Shown here: one piece after another, positions 1 to 6,943 of the stretch
Numbering within the stretch: the first letter of the stretch is position 1
Layout: each line of letters begins with the position of its first letter
DNA from: a virus
IMG/VR virus record: IMGVR_UViG_3300027907_000008
Strand: one strand, 5' to 3'
DNA: 41,332 bases
Program-made: the position numbers and the translations under genes
Notes under the pieces: generated by a model
Databases searched by the model: none
What the model was told of the DNA's origin: nothing
What the model saw: the letters and a program-made list of their open reading frames with translations, nothing else

Positions 1-127
1 ACGACACTCGTGCGCATTCCGCGTCGCTTCTATGACGACCACGACGGACGTGCGCTGCCGTCGCCCGTCGTCGTCAAGGCGACTGCGCGACACTACTGGA
101 TCGATCGCTGCGACGCACACGTGCAGG
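1..127. repeat. Terminal direct repeat, left copy (identical to 41206-41332)
   Basis: acgacactcgtgcgcattccg...cgcacacgtgcagg occurs base-for-base at both ends. This is typical of an assembler k-mer overlap on a circular molecule. Confidence 0.95.
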
Positions 128-240
128 AGCTCGTCGACGACGCGCGACACTATGTCGATCGCGACGCGCAAGATCACGACTTCGGGGCGCGTGCGCTACT
201 GCGCGCGCTCGACTCGACTGAAAGGAACAGCACCCCATGA
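1..240 (+). CDS. Hypothetical protein, 3-prime portion of a gene that starts at ATG 41200 and crosses the contig junction (81 aa in total)
   Basis: The reading frame is continuous through the 127-bp overlap. Composition is balanced (..RHYWIDRCDAHVQELVDDARHYVDRDAQDHDF..). The stop overlaps the next start (ATGA at 237-240). Confidence 0.6.
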   Translation, partial: TTLVRIPRRFYDDHDGRALPSPVVVKATARHYWIDRCDAHVQELVDDARHYVDRDAQDHDFGARALLRALDSTERNSTP

Positions 241-515
241 CCACGAGAACACAACACTGGTGCGGCGCGACGATGGTCGCGCTCGACCCCACGCGCCCCG
301 GCGCGCTCTTCTGTCCTGAGTGCATCAAGCGACGCACGTCAGCGCCGCCAGCGACGACGAAGCGCTCGTCGTCGCGACTCACTGTCGCGGAGCGCGACGC
401 GGTCATCGAAGCGATCGGGTTTCGACTCGCGGGCGAGATTGATAACGACAACGCAGACGCGATCGTCGTCGCGCTCGAAAGCGCTCAAGCGAAGCTGCTG
501 CGAGGTGTGCGATGA
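237..515 (+). CDS. Hypothetical protein (92 aa) with a CPEC motif
   Basis: ATGA coupling at both ends; the sequence is protein-like (DAVIEAIGFRLAGEIDNDNADAIVVALESAQAKLL). Confidence 0.6.
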   Translation: MTTRTQHWCGATMVALDPTRPGALFCPECIKRRTSAPPATTKRSSSRLTVAERDAVIEAIGFRLAGEIDNDNADAIVVALESAQAKLLRGVR

Positions 516-715
516 GAACGACGACCATCACAATCACGATCGAAGCGCGAGCGAACAGCAGCGAGAGTCGCATCAGAGAGGCGATCATGGCCGACGTCGA
601 CGAGTTGTTCCGCTTTCGTCGCGCTCGCAGCACCGAAGACGGACGCACGGTTTACGTGACGAGCGTCGAGCCGCAGGAATCGATCGAGCGAATCGTCAAG
701 CGAGGTGTGCGATGA
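512..715 (+). CDS. Hypothetical protein (67 aa)
   Basis: A GAGGTG RBS lies 6 nt upstream, and there is ATGA coupling with both neighbours. Confidence 0.6.
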   Translation: MRTTTITITIEARANSSESRIREAIMADVDELFRFRRARSTEDGRTVYVTSVEPQESIERIVKRGVR

Positions 716-993
716 CGACGACGCGCGGCGCGATGCATCTGCTGCGCTGGGCGCGTGTCGACGCAACGACGACGGAGCTTGTCGCGCCGTCGCTCATCGT
801 CGGCTGCGTCTACACGATCGCACGCTATATGGGCAACACGCGCACGCAGGGACAGTGGCGACTGACGTCGTCGAACGAAGACGAGACGCTTTGGTGGGGA
901 CGCACGCTGCGCGCGACGAAGAGCGTCGCGCAGCGTCTCGAAGATCAACGCATACGCGCATTCCTGCGCGAACAGAACGAACGGAGCATTTGA
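712..993 (+). CDS. Hypothetical protein (93 aa)
   Basis: Internal ATG of ORF 439-993, chosen because the junction gcgaggtgtgcgATGA is the same as at 500-515. The upstream part of that ORF is Arg/Ser-rich and out of frame with real genes. Confidence 0.55.
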   Translation: MTTTRGAMHLLRWARVDATTTELVAPSLIVGCVYTIARYMGNTRTQGQWRLTSSNEDETLWWGRTLRATKSVAQRLEDQRIRAFLREQNERSI

Positions 994-997
994 CCCC

Positions 998-1306
998 ATG
1001 ACATTACGCAATTTTCTGCGCGACGTGCGCGAGCACGCGTCGAGCAATCTGATGGAGTTGCACTGCGCGGGCGAGCAGCCCTCACGCTGGCGCGTCGCAC
1101 GTGAGCGCGTCGGCGTCACGCTGCAGCACGTGCGCTATCTCATCGCGGCTGTCTACTGCGACCGCTTCGGTCACTCGTCGCAGACAGAAGTCGCGGACAA
1201 CGTCTACGGTGAGCGTGACGCGCGCGGTCGACTCGTCGACATCGACTGCGGGAGCGTCTCATGGTTCTGTCCGCGTTGCGGACGCGGCGGCACGAATTAC
1301 TTCTGA
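998..1306 (+). CDS. Hypothetical protein (102 aa), C-terminal CPRC zinc-ribbon-like motif
   Basis: ATG-initiated ORF with plausible composition and FCPRCGRGG at the C-terminus. Confidence 0.6.
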   Translation: MTLRNFLRDVREHASSNLMELHCAGEQPSRWRVARERVGVTLQHVRYLIAAVYCDRFGHSSQTEVADNVYGERDARGRLVDIDCGSVSWFCPRCGRGGTNYF

Positions 1307-1321
1307 AAGGACACTGACCCC

Positions 1322-1561
1322 ATGACACAACTCGAACGACTGATACAGGCGCACACGCAGCGCGCGACGCTGGAGACGATTGCGACGCGCAGCGACACCG
1401 TCGCCGAAGAGATGGCGCGCGAACTACTGCGCGACCCCGTGATTCGCACTGAACTAAAGGCGCTCGTGCTCGCGGCCTTCAAGGCGACATGGACGTCGCT
1501 GAAGCAGCAGCGGCCCGCGCGCACGACGCGACGTCGACGCGCGTCGTTCCGCAAGCGCTGA
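1322..1561 (+). CDS. Hypothetical protein (79 aa), basic C-terminal tail
   Basis: RBS aaagga lies 9 nt upstream (aaaggacactgaccccATG); the body looks helical. Confidence 0.6.
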   Translation: MTQLERLIQAHTQRATLETIATRSDTVAEEMARELLRDPVIRTELKALVLAAFKATWTSLKQQRPARTTRRRRASFRKR

Positions 1562-1589
1562 CACGCGTCGCGCGCTCGCGACATCTCGC

Positions 1590-1620
1590 GGCCTCGCTCC
1601 GTAGAACTACGGGCGAGGCC
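1590..1620 (+). terminator. Stem-loop after the early gene block (ggcctcgc-tccgtag..ctacgg-gcgaggcc)
   Basis: Near-perfect inverted repeat starting 29 nt after the stop at 1561, followed by gttgtcatgt. There is no clear U-tract. Confidence 0.45.
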
Positions 1621-1655
1621 GTTGTCATGTACGCGGGCTCCGAAAAACTACGGGC
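1598..1655. repeat. Two copies of a 17-nt motif (tccgtagaactacgggc / tccgaaaaactacgggc); the first contains the palindrome ccgtag-aa-ctacgg
   Basis: Read directly at 1598-1614 and 1639-1655. Possible protein-binding sites upstream of the promoter at 1708. Confidence 0.6.
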
Positions 1656-1707
1656 ACGCGTCGCGCGCGTCGTGTCGTCCGTCGACGACGAGCGACGAAG
1701 GTCGTGC

Positions 1708-1736
1708 TTGCGATCGCGTGCGCCGATGGGTAGAGT
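1708..1736 (+). promoter_or_regulatory. Sigma70-like promoter TTGCGA-17 nt-TAGAGT
   Basis: -35 at 1708-1713 and -10 at 1731-1736 with an exact 17-nt spacer, inside a non-coding stretch upstream of the ORF at 1823. Confidence 0.45.
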
Positions 1737-1822
1737 CTGCGATCTTCGGCGGCGCGATCGGAAGACGGACTCGCCTCCCGCCCACAATCATTCGCAGTCG
1801 ACGCAAGATGGGAGACGAGCCT

Positions 1823-2158
1823 ATGTCGACGTTGTCGTTGTCGTCGGCGTCGTCAGTGCGGGCGCGGCTGAACCAGCTGCCGTCACGCATGCAGCGCGCG
1901 CTGCTCGCGCAGCTGCGTGCGACCGTGCGCGTCATCACGGGACGCGAGTCGTCTACAGCTTCCGGCGTCGACGAGCTCGACGCGTTGCTGCAGCAGCTGC
2001 CGCGTCGCTGGCGTCGGGCGTACGCGTCGACGGTCGCCGGTATCGTGCGTCTGGTGCCTTCGCGGTCGTCGCGTCAGCGACGAGCAGCGACGATTCCTCG
2101 ATCAACGTTGCGAAGCGCAGCTGCAGGACGCGCGGCAGCAGACGCAGATGGTCGATGA
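1823..2158 (+). CDS. Hypothetical protein (111 aa); its 3-prime end overlaps the convergent repressor gene
   Basis: GGAG lies 8 nt upstream of ATG 1823. Third-position GC is highest in this frame up to about 2070, then the opposite-strand frame takes over. The tail of the ORF is Arg/Ser/Ala-rich. Confidence 0.4.
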   Translation: MSTLSLSSASSVRARLNQLPSRMQRALLAQLRATVRVITGRESSTASGVDELDALLQQLPRRWRRAYASTVAGIVRLVPSRSSRQRRAATIPRSTLRSAAAGRAAADADGR

Positions 2159-2474
2159 GTCGCTGCTCGAAGCGCGTCAACTCATTTTTCAGCGACGGCG
2201 GCTGCGTCACGTCGTCGAGCGGCACCGTCACGGTGTAGCCGCGCAGCTGGTCGTAGGGCGTCACGACATCGTGCATGAGCGTCGCGGGCGTCACGCTGAG
2301 CGCCGCCGCGAGCTTGACGATCGTGCGCGGCTCGGGCAGATGCTTGCTACGCTCCCAGAGGCTGACGGCTGTCGTGCGTGTAAAGCCTAAGCGCTTCGCG
2401 AGCACCTGTTGCGTCAGCCCCGCGCTTTCGCGCGCGCGTCGCAGGTTCGCGCCGAACGTCGTGATGTCAGTCAT
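1953..2474 (-). CDS. CI-like repressor, XRE-family helix-turn-helix protein (173 aa)
   Basis: The N-terminus MTDITTFGANLRRARESAGLTQQVLAKRLGFTRTTAVSLWERSKHLPEPRTIVKLAAALSVTPATLM is a textbook HTH_XRE. The gene is divergent from a Cro/Xis-like gene. The start was chosen at the ATG (cat at 2472-2474) that begins the HTH. Confidence 0.8.
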   Translation of the reverse strand: MTDITTFGANLRRARESAGLTQQVLAKRLGFTRTTAVSLWERSKHLPEPRTIVKLAAALSVTPATLMHDVVTPYDQLRGYTVTVPLDDVTQPPSLKNELTRFEQRLIDHLRLLPRVLQLRFATLIEESSLLVADATTAKAPDARYRRPSTRTPDASDAAAAAATRRARRRRKL

Positions 2475-2481
2475 GACGCAT

Positions 2482-2487
2482 AGTCTA
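2482..2487 (-). promoter_or_regulatory. -10-like TAGACT, 7 nt upstream of the repressor ATG (leaderless, PRM-like arrangement)
   Basis: The reverse complement of agtcta is TAGACT. There is no good -35, and the tandem operator-like repeats begin where a -35 would lie. Confidence 0.3.
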
Positions 2488-2507
2488 ATCCGAACAGTGT
2501 ATGCGGC

Positions 2508-2537
2508 GTGAGTTGTAGTGAGTCCTAGTGAGTCCTG
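2508..2537. promoter_or_regulatory. Three tandem 10-bp repeats (gtgagttgta gtgagtccta gtgagtcctg), candidate operators
   Basis: Read directly. An inverted copy (taggact, 2564-2570) overlaps the -35 of the rightward promoter, and the palindrome gcatatgc (2540-2547) lies between. Confidence 0.45.
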
Positions 2538-2569
2538 ATGCATATGCTGTGCGTGATACAGCGTAGGAC

Positions 2570-2600
2570 TTGACAAGGTGTCGTGTGACGGTGGTATACG
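2570..2600 (+). promoter_or_regulatory. Rightward early promoter: perfect -35 TTGACA plus extended -10 TGgTATACG
   Basis: TTGACA is at 2570-2575. TG at 2592-2593 precedes TATACG at 2595-2600, and ATG 2609 is 8 nt downstream of the -10, so the transcript is near-leaderless. The 19-nt spacer is long. Confidence 0.5.
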
Positions 2601-2608
2601 TTCACCGC

Positions 2609-2908
2609 ATGCGACAATCACTCACACCCCAGACGCCGACGCCACCGCCCACCCGCGCGCGCTTCGCCTCGCTCGATGACGCGCCGGTCGTGCTGACGCT
2701 CGACGAGCTCGCCCAGATTTATCGCTGCAGCCCGCACACGATTCGACGACGACTCGAAGCGGGCACCTTCACGCCTGCCCCGATCAAGCGACGTCCGTAT
2801 CGCTGGCGCAAGGACGACGTCATCGACGACCTCGATCGCCTCGCGGACGAAGCGGCGCGCTCGTCGTCGTCGTCCCGTCGTCGTCGTGCGTCGCGTCGTT
2901 CGCAGTGA
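2609..2908 (+). CDS. Excisionase/MerR-like HTH_17 DNA-binding protein in the Cro position (99 aa)
   Basis: LTLDELAQIYRCSPHTIRRRLEAGTFTPAPIKRRPYRWRKDDVIDDL matches the AlpA/Xis-type winged HTH pattern. The gene is divergent from the repressor. Confidence 0.7.
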   Translation: MRQSLTPQTPTPPPTRARFASLDDAPVVLTLDELAQIYRCSPHTIRRRLEAGTFTPAPIKRRPYRWRKDDVIDDLDRLADEAARSSSSSRRRRASRRSQ

Positions 2909-2937
2909 ATGCGTGTCAACCGCTAGGAGGTGTGCTC

Positions 2938-3807
2938 ATGGCTGATTCGTCTACAGCCATTGTTCCCGCGTCGTCGACGAGCGTCGCCCTGCCCGTGCCG
3001 CAATTCACCGGACAGCAGATGGTCGATGCGCTCGTCGCGTATCGCGAGGTGCAGCGTGCGCTCGATGGCGCGATGCCCGAAGCGATCATCGACGTCGAGG
3101 GTCGACCGTTTCGCAAAAAGGCGTACTGGCGCGCCATCGCCGTGGCCTTTAATCTCGACGTCGACGTCGTCGAAGAGCGACGCGAAGTCAGCGGCAGCTT
3201 TCACGACGGGCGCGAGAACGTCGGCTATGTCGTCACGTGTCGCGCGACGACGCGCAGCGGACGCAGCGTCACGGGTGACGGCAGCTGCTTCGCCGTCGAA
3301 AAGGCGGCGCGCTTCCGCTGCCCGCACCCGCACCCGTCATGGGACGGCAAGTCGCTGCACTACCCGCACGAGTCCTGTCCGGACTTCGACGCCGACTATC
3401 GCTGGCGCGAGTATCCGGCACAGGCCAGTGAGCACAATCTGCGCTCGCACGCGCATACGCGCGCCTTCAATCGCGCCGTGTCGAACAACGTCGGCTTCGG
3501 CGAAGTCAGCGCCGAAGAGGTCGAGCGCGACGATCGCGACGAGCGTCACGCGCCGACGACGTCGCGTCGCACGTCGAGCGCGTCGAGCAACCGACCTCCG
3601 CGCGTCATCTCCGATCTGCAGCGCAAGCGACTCTGGGCTATCGCGAAGGAAGCCGGGTGGAAGGAACCCGAGGTCAAGGCGTATCTGCTGCGCGTGCATC
3701 ATGTCGAGCACACCGACGCGATCACCGTCGACAAGTACGACGCCATCTGCAAAGCGCTGGAGCTCGGCGTCGAGCCCGCGCCCGCCGCATCAGAGGTGTC
3801 GTCGTGA
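2938..3807 (+). CDS. Putative single-strand annealing recombinase (ERF/Rad52-superfamily-like), 289 aa
   Basis: A strong RBS taggaggtgtgctcATG is present. The beta-hairpin-like GYVVTCRATTRSGRSVTGDGSC followed by HTRAFNRAVSNNVGFGEVSAEE resembles the ERF/Rad52-type core. The gene is coupled to an exonuclease gene. The family assignment was not verified. Confidence 0.6.
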   Translation: MADSSTAIVPASSTSVALPVPQFTGQQMVDALVAYREVQRALDGAMPEAIIDVEGRPFRKKAYWRAIAVAFNLDVDVVEERREVSGSFHDGRENVGYVVTCRATTRSGRSVTGDGSCFAVEKAARFRCPHPHPSWDGKSLHYPHESCPDFDADYRWREYPAQASEHNLRSHAHTRAFNRAVSNNVGFGEVSAEEVERDDRDERHAPTTSRRTSSASSNRPPRVISDLQRKRLWAIAKEAGWKEPEVKAYLLRVHHVEHTDAITVDKYDAICKALELGVEPAPAASEVSS

Positions 3808-4418
3808 TCAGCGTCGACCACTTCACGCCGAGCGGCCTGACGTTCGATCCCGTGGCGCACGTCTACACGCTCGACGATCGCGTGCTCGTCAGCGTGACCA
3901 ACGTGCTTGCCGCTGCGGGACTCGCCGACCGCGCGTGGTTCACTGAGGACGATCGTCGTCGCGGCACGGCGGTGCATCAGGCGATCGAGCGCTATCACGC
4001 ACGACTCGACGCCGTCGAGTGGGATGCGGTCGTCGCCCCCTACATGCGCGGCTATCGTCGCTTTCTCGCCGAGAGTGCGTTCCGCGTCGACGTCAGCGAA
4101 GAGCGACTCGCCGATCCGTTTCTGCGACTGGCGGGCACGCTCGATCTGCGCGGGCAATTCATCAAGCACGACCTGACAGCGTCTGAGCGCATCGACGTCG
4201 TCGACGTCAAAACGGGCTGCTGTCCGCCGTGGGTCGGGATGCAAACGGCAGCGTACGTGCGTCTGCTGCCCGCGCACGTGCGCCCGCGCTGTCGACGCTG
4301 GGCGCTGCAGCTGCGCAGCGACGGCACCTATCAGCTGCTGTCGCTCGACAACCGCAACGACGAACGTGTCTTCCTCGCGGCGCTGGTCATCGCGCAATAC
4401 AAGCGGGGGTGGCTGTGA
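3804..4418 (+). CDS. PD-(D/E)XK (RecB/Cas4-like) phage exonuclease, 204 aa
   Basis: GTGA coupling. The motifs HVYTLDDRVLVSVTNVL, RGTAVHQAIE, GTLDL, VVDVKT and QTAAY follow the order typical of phage PD-(D/E)XK exonucleases. Confidence 0.7.
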   Translation: MISVDHFTPSGLTFDPVAHVYTLDDRVLVSVTNVLAAAGLADRAWFTEDDRRRGTAVHQAIERYHARLDAVEWDAVVAPYMRGYRRFLAESAFRVDVSEERLADPFLRLAGTLDLRGQFIKHDLTASERIDVVDVKTGCCPPWVGMQTAAYVRLLPAHVRPRCRRWALQLRSDGTYQLLSLDNRNDERVFLAALVIAQYKRGWL

Positions 4419-5101
4419 CACTCGACGCGACTGAGACACGCGGCGACGTGCCGCGCGACGCGCTCGCGCTCGACGCGCTCGTCGAGCGGGCACGGGCGAT
4501 CGTCATCACCGACGCGACGCAGTATCAGCGCGCGGCGGACTTCGTGCTCGGGCTCAAGGACCTCCGCGCCGACATCGATCGACGCTTCGATCGACACATC
4601 AAGCGCGCATATGAGGCGCACCGTGCGCTCGTCGCGGAGAAGCGCGACGCCGAAGCACAGGCGGTCAACGCGGAGCGCATCGTCAAGCAGGCGATGGCGA
4701 CCTACGACACGCAGCTGCAGCAGGCCATCGACGCGGAGCGGGCGCGACGGGACGACGAGCAGCGCGCCGCCAACGCGACGCTCGAAGCAGCCGCAACCCA
4801 AGCGGAGACGCGCGGCGACTTCAGTGAAGCCGACGCGCTGCGACAGCGTCAGTCGATGGCGCCGACCCCACTCGAGGTCGAGCGGCCACGCGCCGAGGGC
4901 ATCAGTGTGCGCGAGACATGGAGCGCACGTGTCGTCGACTTCGACGCGCTCGTGCGTGCCGCCGCCACGACGAAGGCATACGTGGCGCTGTTGCTGCCGA
5001 ACATGCCCGCGCTGCACGCGCAAGCGCGATCGCTCAAGCGGCGGCTGTCGCTGCCGGGAGTCGAAGCGGTGAGCACGAAGGACGTCGCGGCACGCCGATG
5101 A
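4415..5101 (+). CDS. Hypothetical coiled-coil protein (228 aa)
   Basis: GTGA coupling and long helical Ala/Glu/Arg/Gln-rich segments (RALVAEKRDAEAQAVNAERIVKQAMATYDTQLQQAIDAERARR). Confidence 0.65.
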   Translation: MTLDATETRGDVPRDALALDALVERARAIVITDATQYQRAADFVLGLKDLRADIDRRFDRHIKRAYEAHRALVAEKRDAEAQAVNAERIVKQAMATYDTQLQQAIDAERARRDDEQRAANATLEAAATQAETRGDFSEADALRQRQSMAPTPLEVERPRAEGISVRETWSARVVDFDALVRAAATTKAYVALLLPNMPALHAQARSLKRRLSLPGVEAVSTKDVAARR

Positions 5102-5427
5102 GCGAGGGGCTGTCGCGTCTGACGCTCGCGCCGTATACGCCGTTTGCGTGTCGCGTGTTCGGCTGTCTGCGCTGCGTCGCGTGGATGGAGGCACAGCCGA
5201 GCGGCCTCGGCCTCGGCTTCTGCGACGAACACAAGACGCGACACACGACGATTCCGATCGCCGTCTATGGACGCCAGCACGAGGGATGGGAGCAATGGCC
5301 CGAAAGTCTGGTCGAGTATCTGCTGCGCGAGCCCGCGCGACGCGCGACGCAGACGCGCTCGATGCGCTCGTCGCACGACACGTGCTGCGCGGACTCAAAC
5401 GCGAGCTCACCACCATGCGCGCACTGA
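5098..5427 (+). CDS. Hypothetical Cys-rich protein; coding signal appears to end near 5340, although the ORF stays open to 5427
   Basis: ATGA coupling. FACRVFGCLRCVAWMEAQ..FCDEHK..EGWEQWPESLVEYLL looks real, but the last ~30 codons are Arg/Ser/Thr-rich and the position-specific GC pattern switches frame. Confidence 0.45.
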   Translation: MSEGLSRLTLAPYTPFACRVFGCLRCVAWMEAQPSGLGLGFCDEHKTRHTTIPIAVYGRQHEGWEQWPESLVEYLLREPARRATQTRSMRSSHDTCCADSNASSPPCAH

Positions 5428-5534
5428 TTCAGCAGCAGAGGCGTCTCGACGATCGCGATCGGGGGCATCTCGAAATGATTCGCCACGTCGAGACGGTCAT
5501 CGACAACAAGACGGCGACGTATCGCGGGAGGTGA
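5295..5534 (+). CDS. Hypothetical protein (79 aa), overlapping the 3-prime end of the preceding ORF in the -1 frame
   Basis: GAGGGA lies 8 nt upstream of ATG 5295. The convincing sequence begins at DADALDALVARHVLRGLKRELTTMRALIQQQRRLDDRDRGHLEMIRHVETVIDNK. Confidence 0.5.
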   Translation: MARKSGRVSAARARATRDADALDALVARHVLRGLKRELTTMRALIQQQRRLDDRDRGHLEMIRHVETVIDNKTATYRGR

Positions 5535-5537
5535 CGA

Positions 5538-5960
5538 ATGGAACGAATGCTAATCAAGGACCCGGACGTCGACATCGTCTTCGCGATCGAACAGGACGAC
5601 GACGCGATCGTGCTCGCCGCGCTCGACGTGACGGCCGAAGCCAAGAGTGGCGGGCTCTGTTCGCATCTGCTCGCGTCGCTGCCGCTGGCGGGACGCATCG
5701 ACGACGTCGAGATGATCAACCGGCAGCGCGAGCGCTTCACGCGCTTCGAGGTCGACTGCGGCAACGTGCATCACCTGATGCGCGATCTGCTGACGCTGGA
5801 GCACGACTATCGCGAATCGGTCGATCGCTTCGCGCTCGCCGACAGTCGGGCGAAGTCACTCAAAAAGGACGTCGACACGTGCGCCGCCAAGGTGCACGAC
5901 CTACTGCAGCGCATCGCGACGCGCAAGCCGCTGCCGCTCTTCGAGGCGATTGGCGGATGA
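5538..5960 (+). CDS. Hypothetical acidic protein (140 aa)
   Basis: RBS gggaggtgacgaATG; balanced composition. Confidence 0.7.
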   Translation: MERMLIKDPDVDIVFAIEQDDDAIVLAALDVTAEAKSGGLCSHLLASLPLAGRIDDVEMINRQRERFTRFEVDCGNVHHLMRDLLTLEHDYRESVDRFALADSRAKSLKKDVDTCAAKVHDLLQRIATRKPLPLFEAIGG

Positions 5961-6943
5961 CACGGGACCACGTCTACGGCAAGCTGCTCGACTCGTACTG
6001 GTCGGGCGAGACGGGACGCGCGATTCAAGCGCGCGGCAAGGACGCAGTCATCCTCGGTGTGTATCTGCCCTCGACGCGTCACGCGAACATGATCGGACTG
6101 TTCGAGCTCCCGCTGCTGTATATCGAACACGACTTGCCCGTGCTCGATGGACGCAGCGCGATCCGCGACGCGCTGCGCGCGCTCGACGACGTCGGCTTCG
6201 CGTTCTATGACGACGACGCCGAAGTCGTCTGGGTCGTCGAGATGGCGCGCATACGCTGCGGCCTGCCCGATCACGACGTGCTGCTCGATCTGCGCGACAA
6301 AAAGCACGCGGCGATCCGTCGACTCCTGCGCACGGTCAAGCCCAACGACTTGACGTCACGATTCGTCGCGCGCTACCGCGACCAGCTGAGCCTGAGTGAT
6401 GCCCCTTACAAGCCCCTTCCAAGGGGCATCGAAGCCGAAAAGCCCCTTGCAAGGGGCATCGAAGGGGCTTCGCTACGCGCGCGTGATCAGCAGGCAGCAG
6501 GCAGCAGGCAGCAGGACGTACACACACACACTGACGATGAGCTTGTTGTCAGTACAAGCACCTCGGAATCTCAGCCGCGTCCTAACCAGCCGAACAGTCG
6601 CAACGAAGACGGACCGCTCGACGAGTGGCTGCGCGCGCTCATGAGTGACTACCCGTCGACGCGCGTCACGCACGGCTATCGCACCGAGACAGCCTTCGTC
6701 GACCAGATTGCGCGCGACGGACGTGAGCCGCGCGTCGTGTATCAGGAGATGCGCGACAACCTCGAAAACCAGAAGCGCGGATATGAGTGGCGCGTCAAGC
6801 GCATGGTGCCCACGCTCGACAAGTGGCTCAGCGAAGGACGCTGGAAGCAGCGGCACGAGGAAGAACCCGCCGACGCGCTCGCGCCGAAGACGCAGCGCAC
6901 GCTTGCCGCGCTCGACTCGATTCGACGAAAGGAAAATCCATGA
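5957..6943 (+). CDS. Putative replication initiator/replisome organiser (328 aa) with iterons embedded in its linker
   Basis: ATGA coupling. The protein has a winged-helix-like N-domain, a low-complexity linker carrying the DNA repeats, and a C-terminal W/R-rich domain (KWLSEGRWKQR) like phage replication organisers. The lambda O-like layout supports the call. Confidence 0.6.
   Translation: MTRDHVYGKLLDSYWSGETGRAIQARGKDAVILGVYLPSTRHANMIGLFELPLLYIEHDLPVLDGRSAIRDALRALDDVGFAFYDDDAEVVWVVEMARIRCGLPDHDVLLDLRDKKHAAIRRLLRTVKPNDLTSRFVARYRDQLSLSDAPYKPLPRGIEAEKPLARGIEGASLRARDQQAAGSRQQDVHTHTDDELVVSTSTSESQPRPNQPNSRNEDGPLDEWLRALMSDYPSTRVTHGYRTETAFVDQIARDGREPRVVYQEMRDNLENQKRGYEWRVKRMVPTLDKWLSEGRWKQRHEEEPADALAPKTQRTLAALDSIRRKENP
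6398..6468. repeat. Candidate origin iterons: two 24-bp direct repeats, each containing a hairpin palindrome (agccccttSCaaggggcatcgaag), plus extra half-sites
   Basis: GCCCCTT is at 6401, 6412 and 6442. AAGGGGC is at 6421, 6451 and 6462. The full repeats are 6411-6434 and 6441-6464. Confidence 0.6.
6488..6515. repeat. Perfect heptanucleotide tandem repeat (CAGCAGG)x4 inside coding sequence
   Basis: Read directly; the unit length is not a multiple of three. Confidence 0.9.
6520..6531. repeat. Dinucleotide repeat (AC)x6, followed by a locally AT-richer stretch with the inverted repeat ctgac..gtcag
   Basis: Read directly. Confidence 0.9.

Noticed and set aside
500-715. Identical 16-nt junction gcgaggtgtgcgatga at 500-515 and 700-715, exactly 200 bp apart. 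Considered as evidence of a tandem gene duplication.
   Set aside because: The flanking proteins show no similarity to each other. The shared string is just an RBS (GAGGTG) plus an ATGA stop/start coupling context, and a similar one recurs at 41191-41203.
5144-5956. N-terminal 270 codons of the 599-aa ORF 5144-6943.
   Set aside because: This part is Arg-rich nonsense overlapping three better ORFs in other frames. The believable protein starts at ATG 5957, which is ATGA-coupled to the upstream gene.
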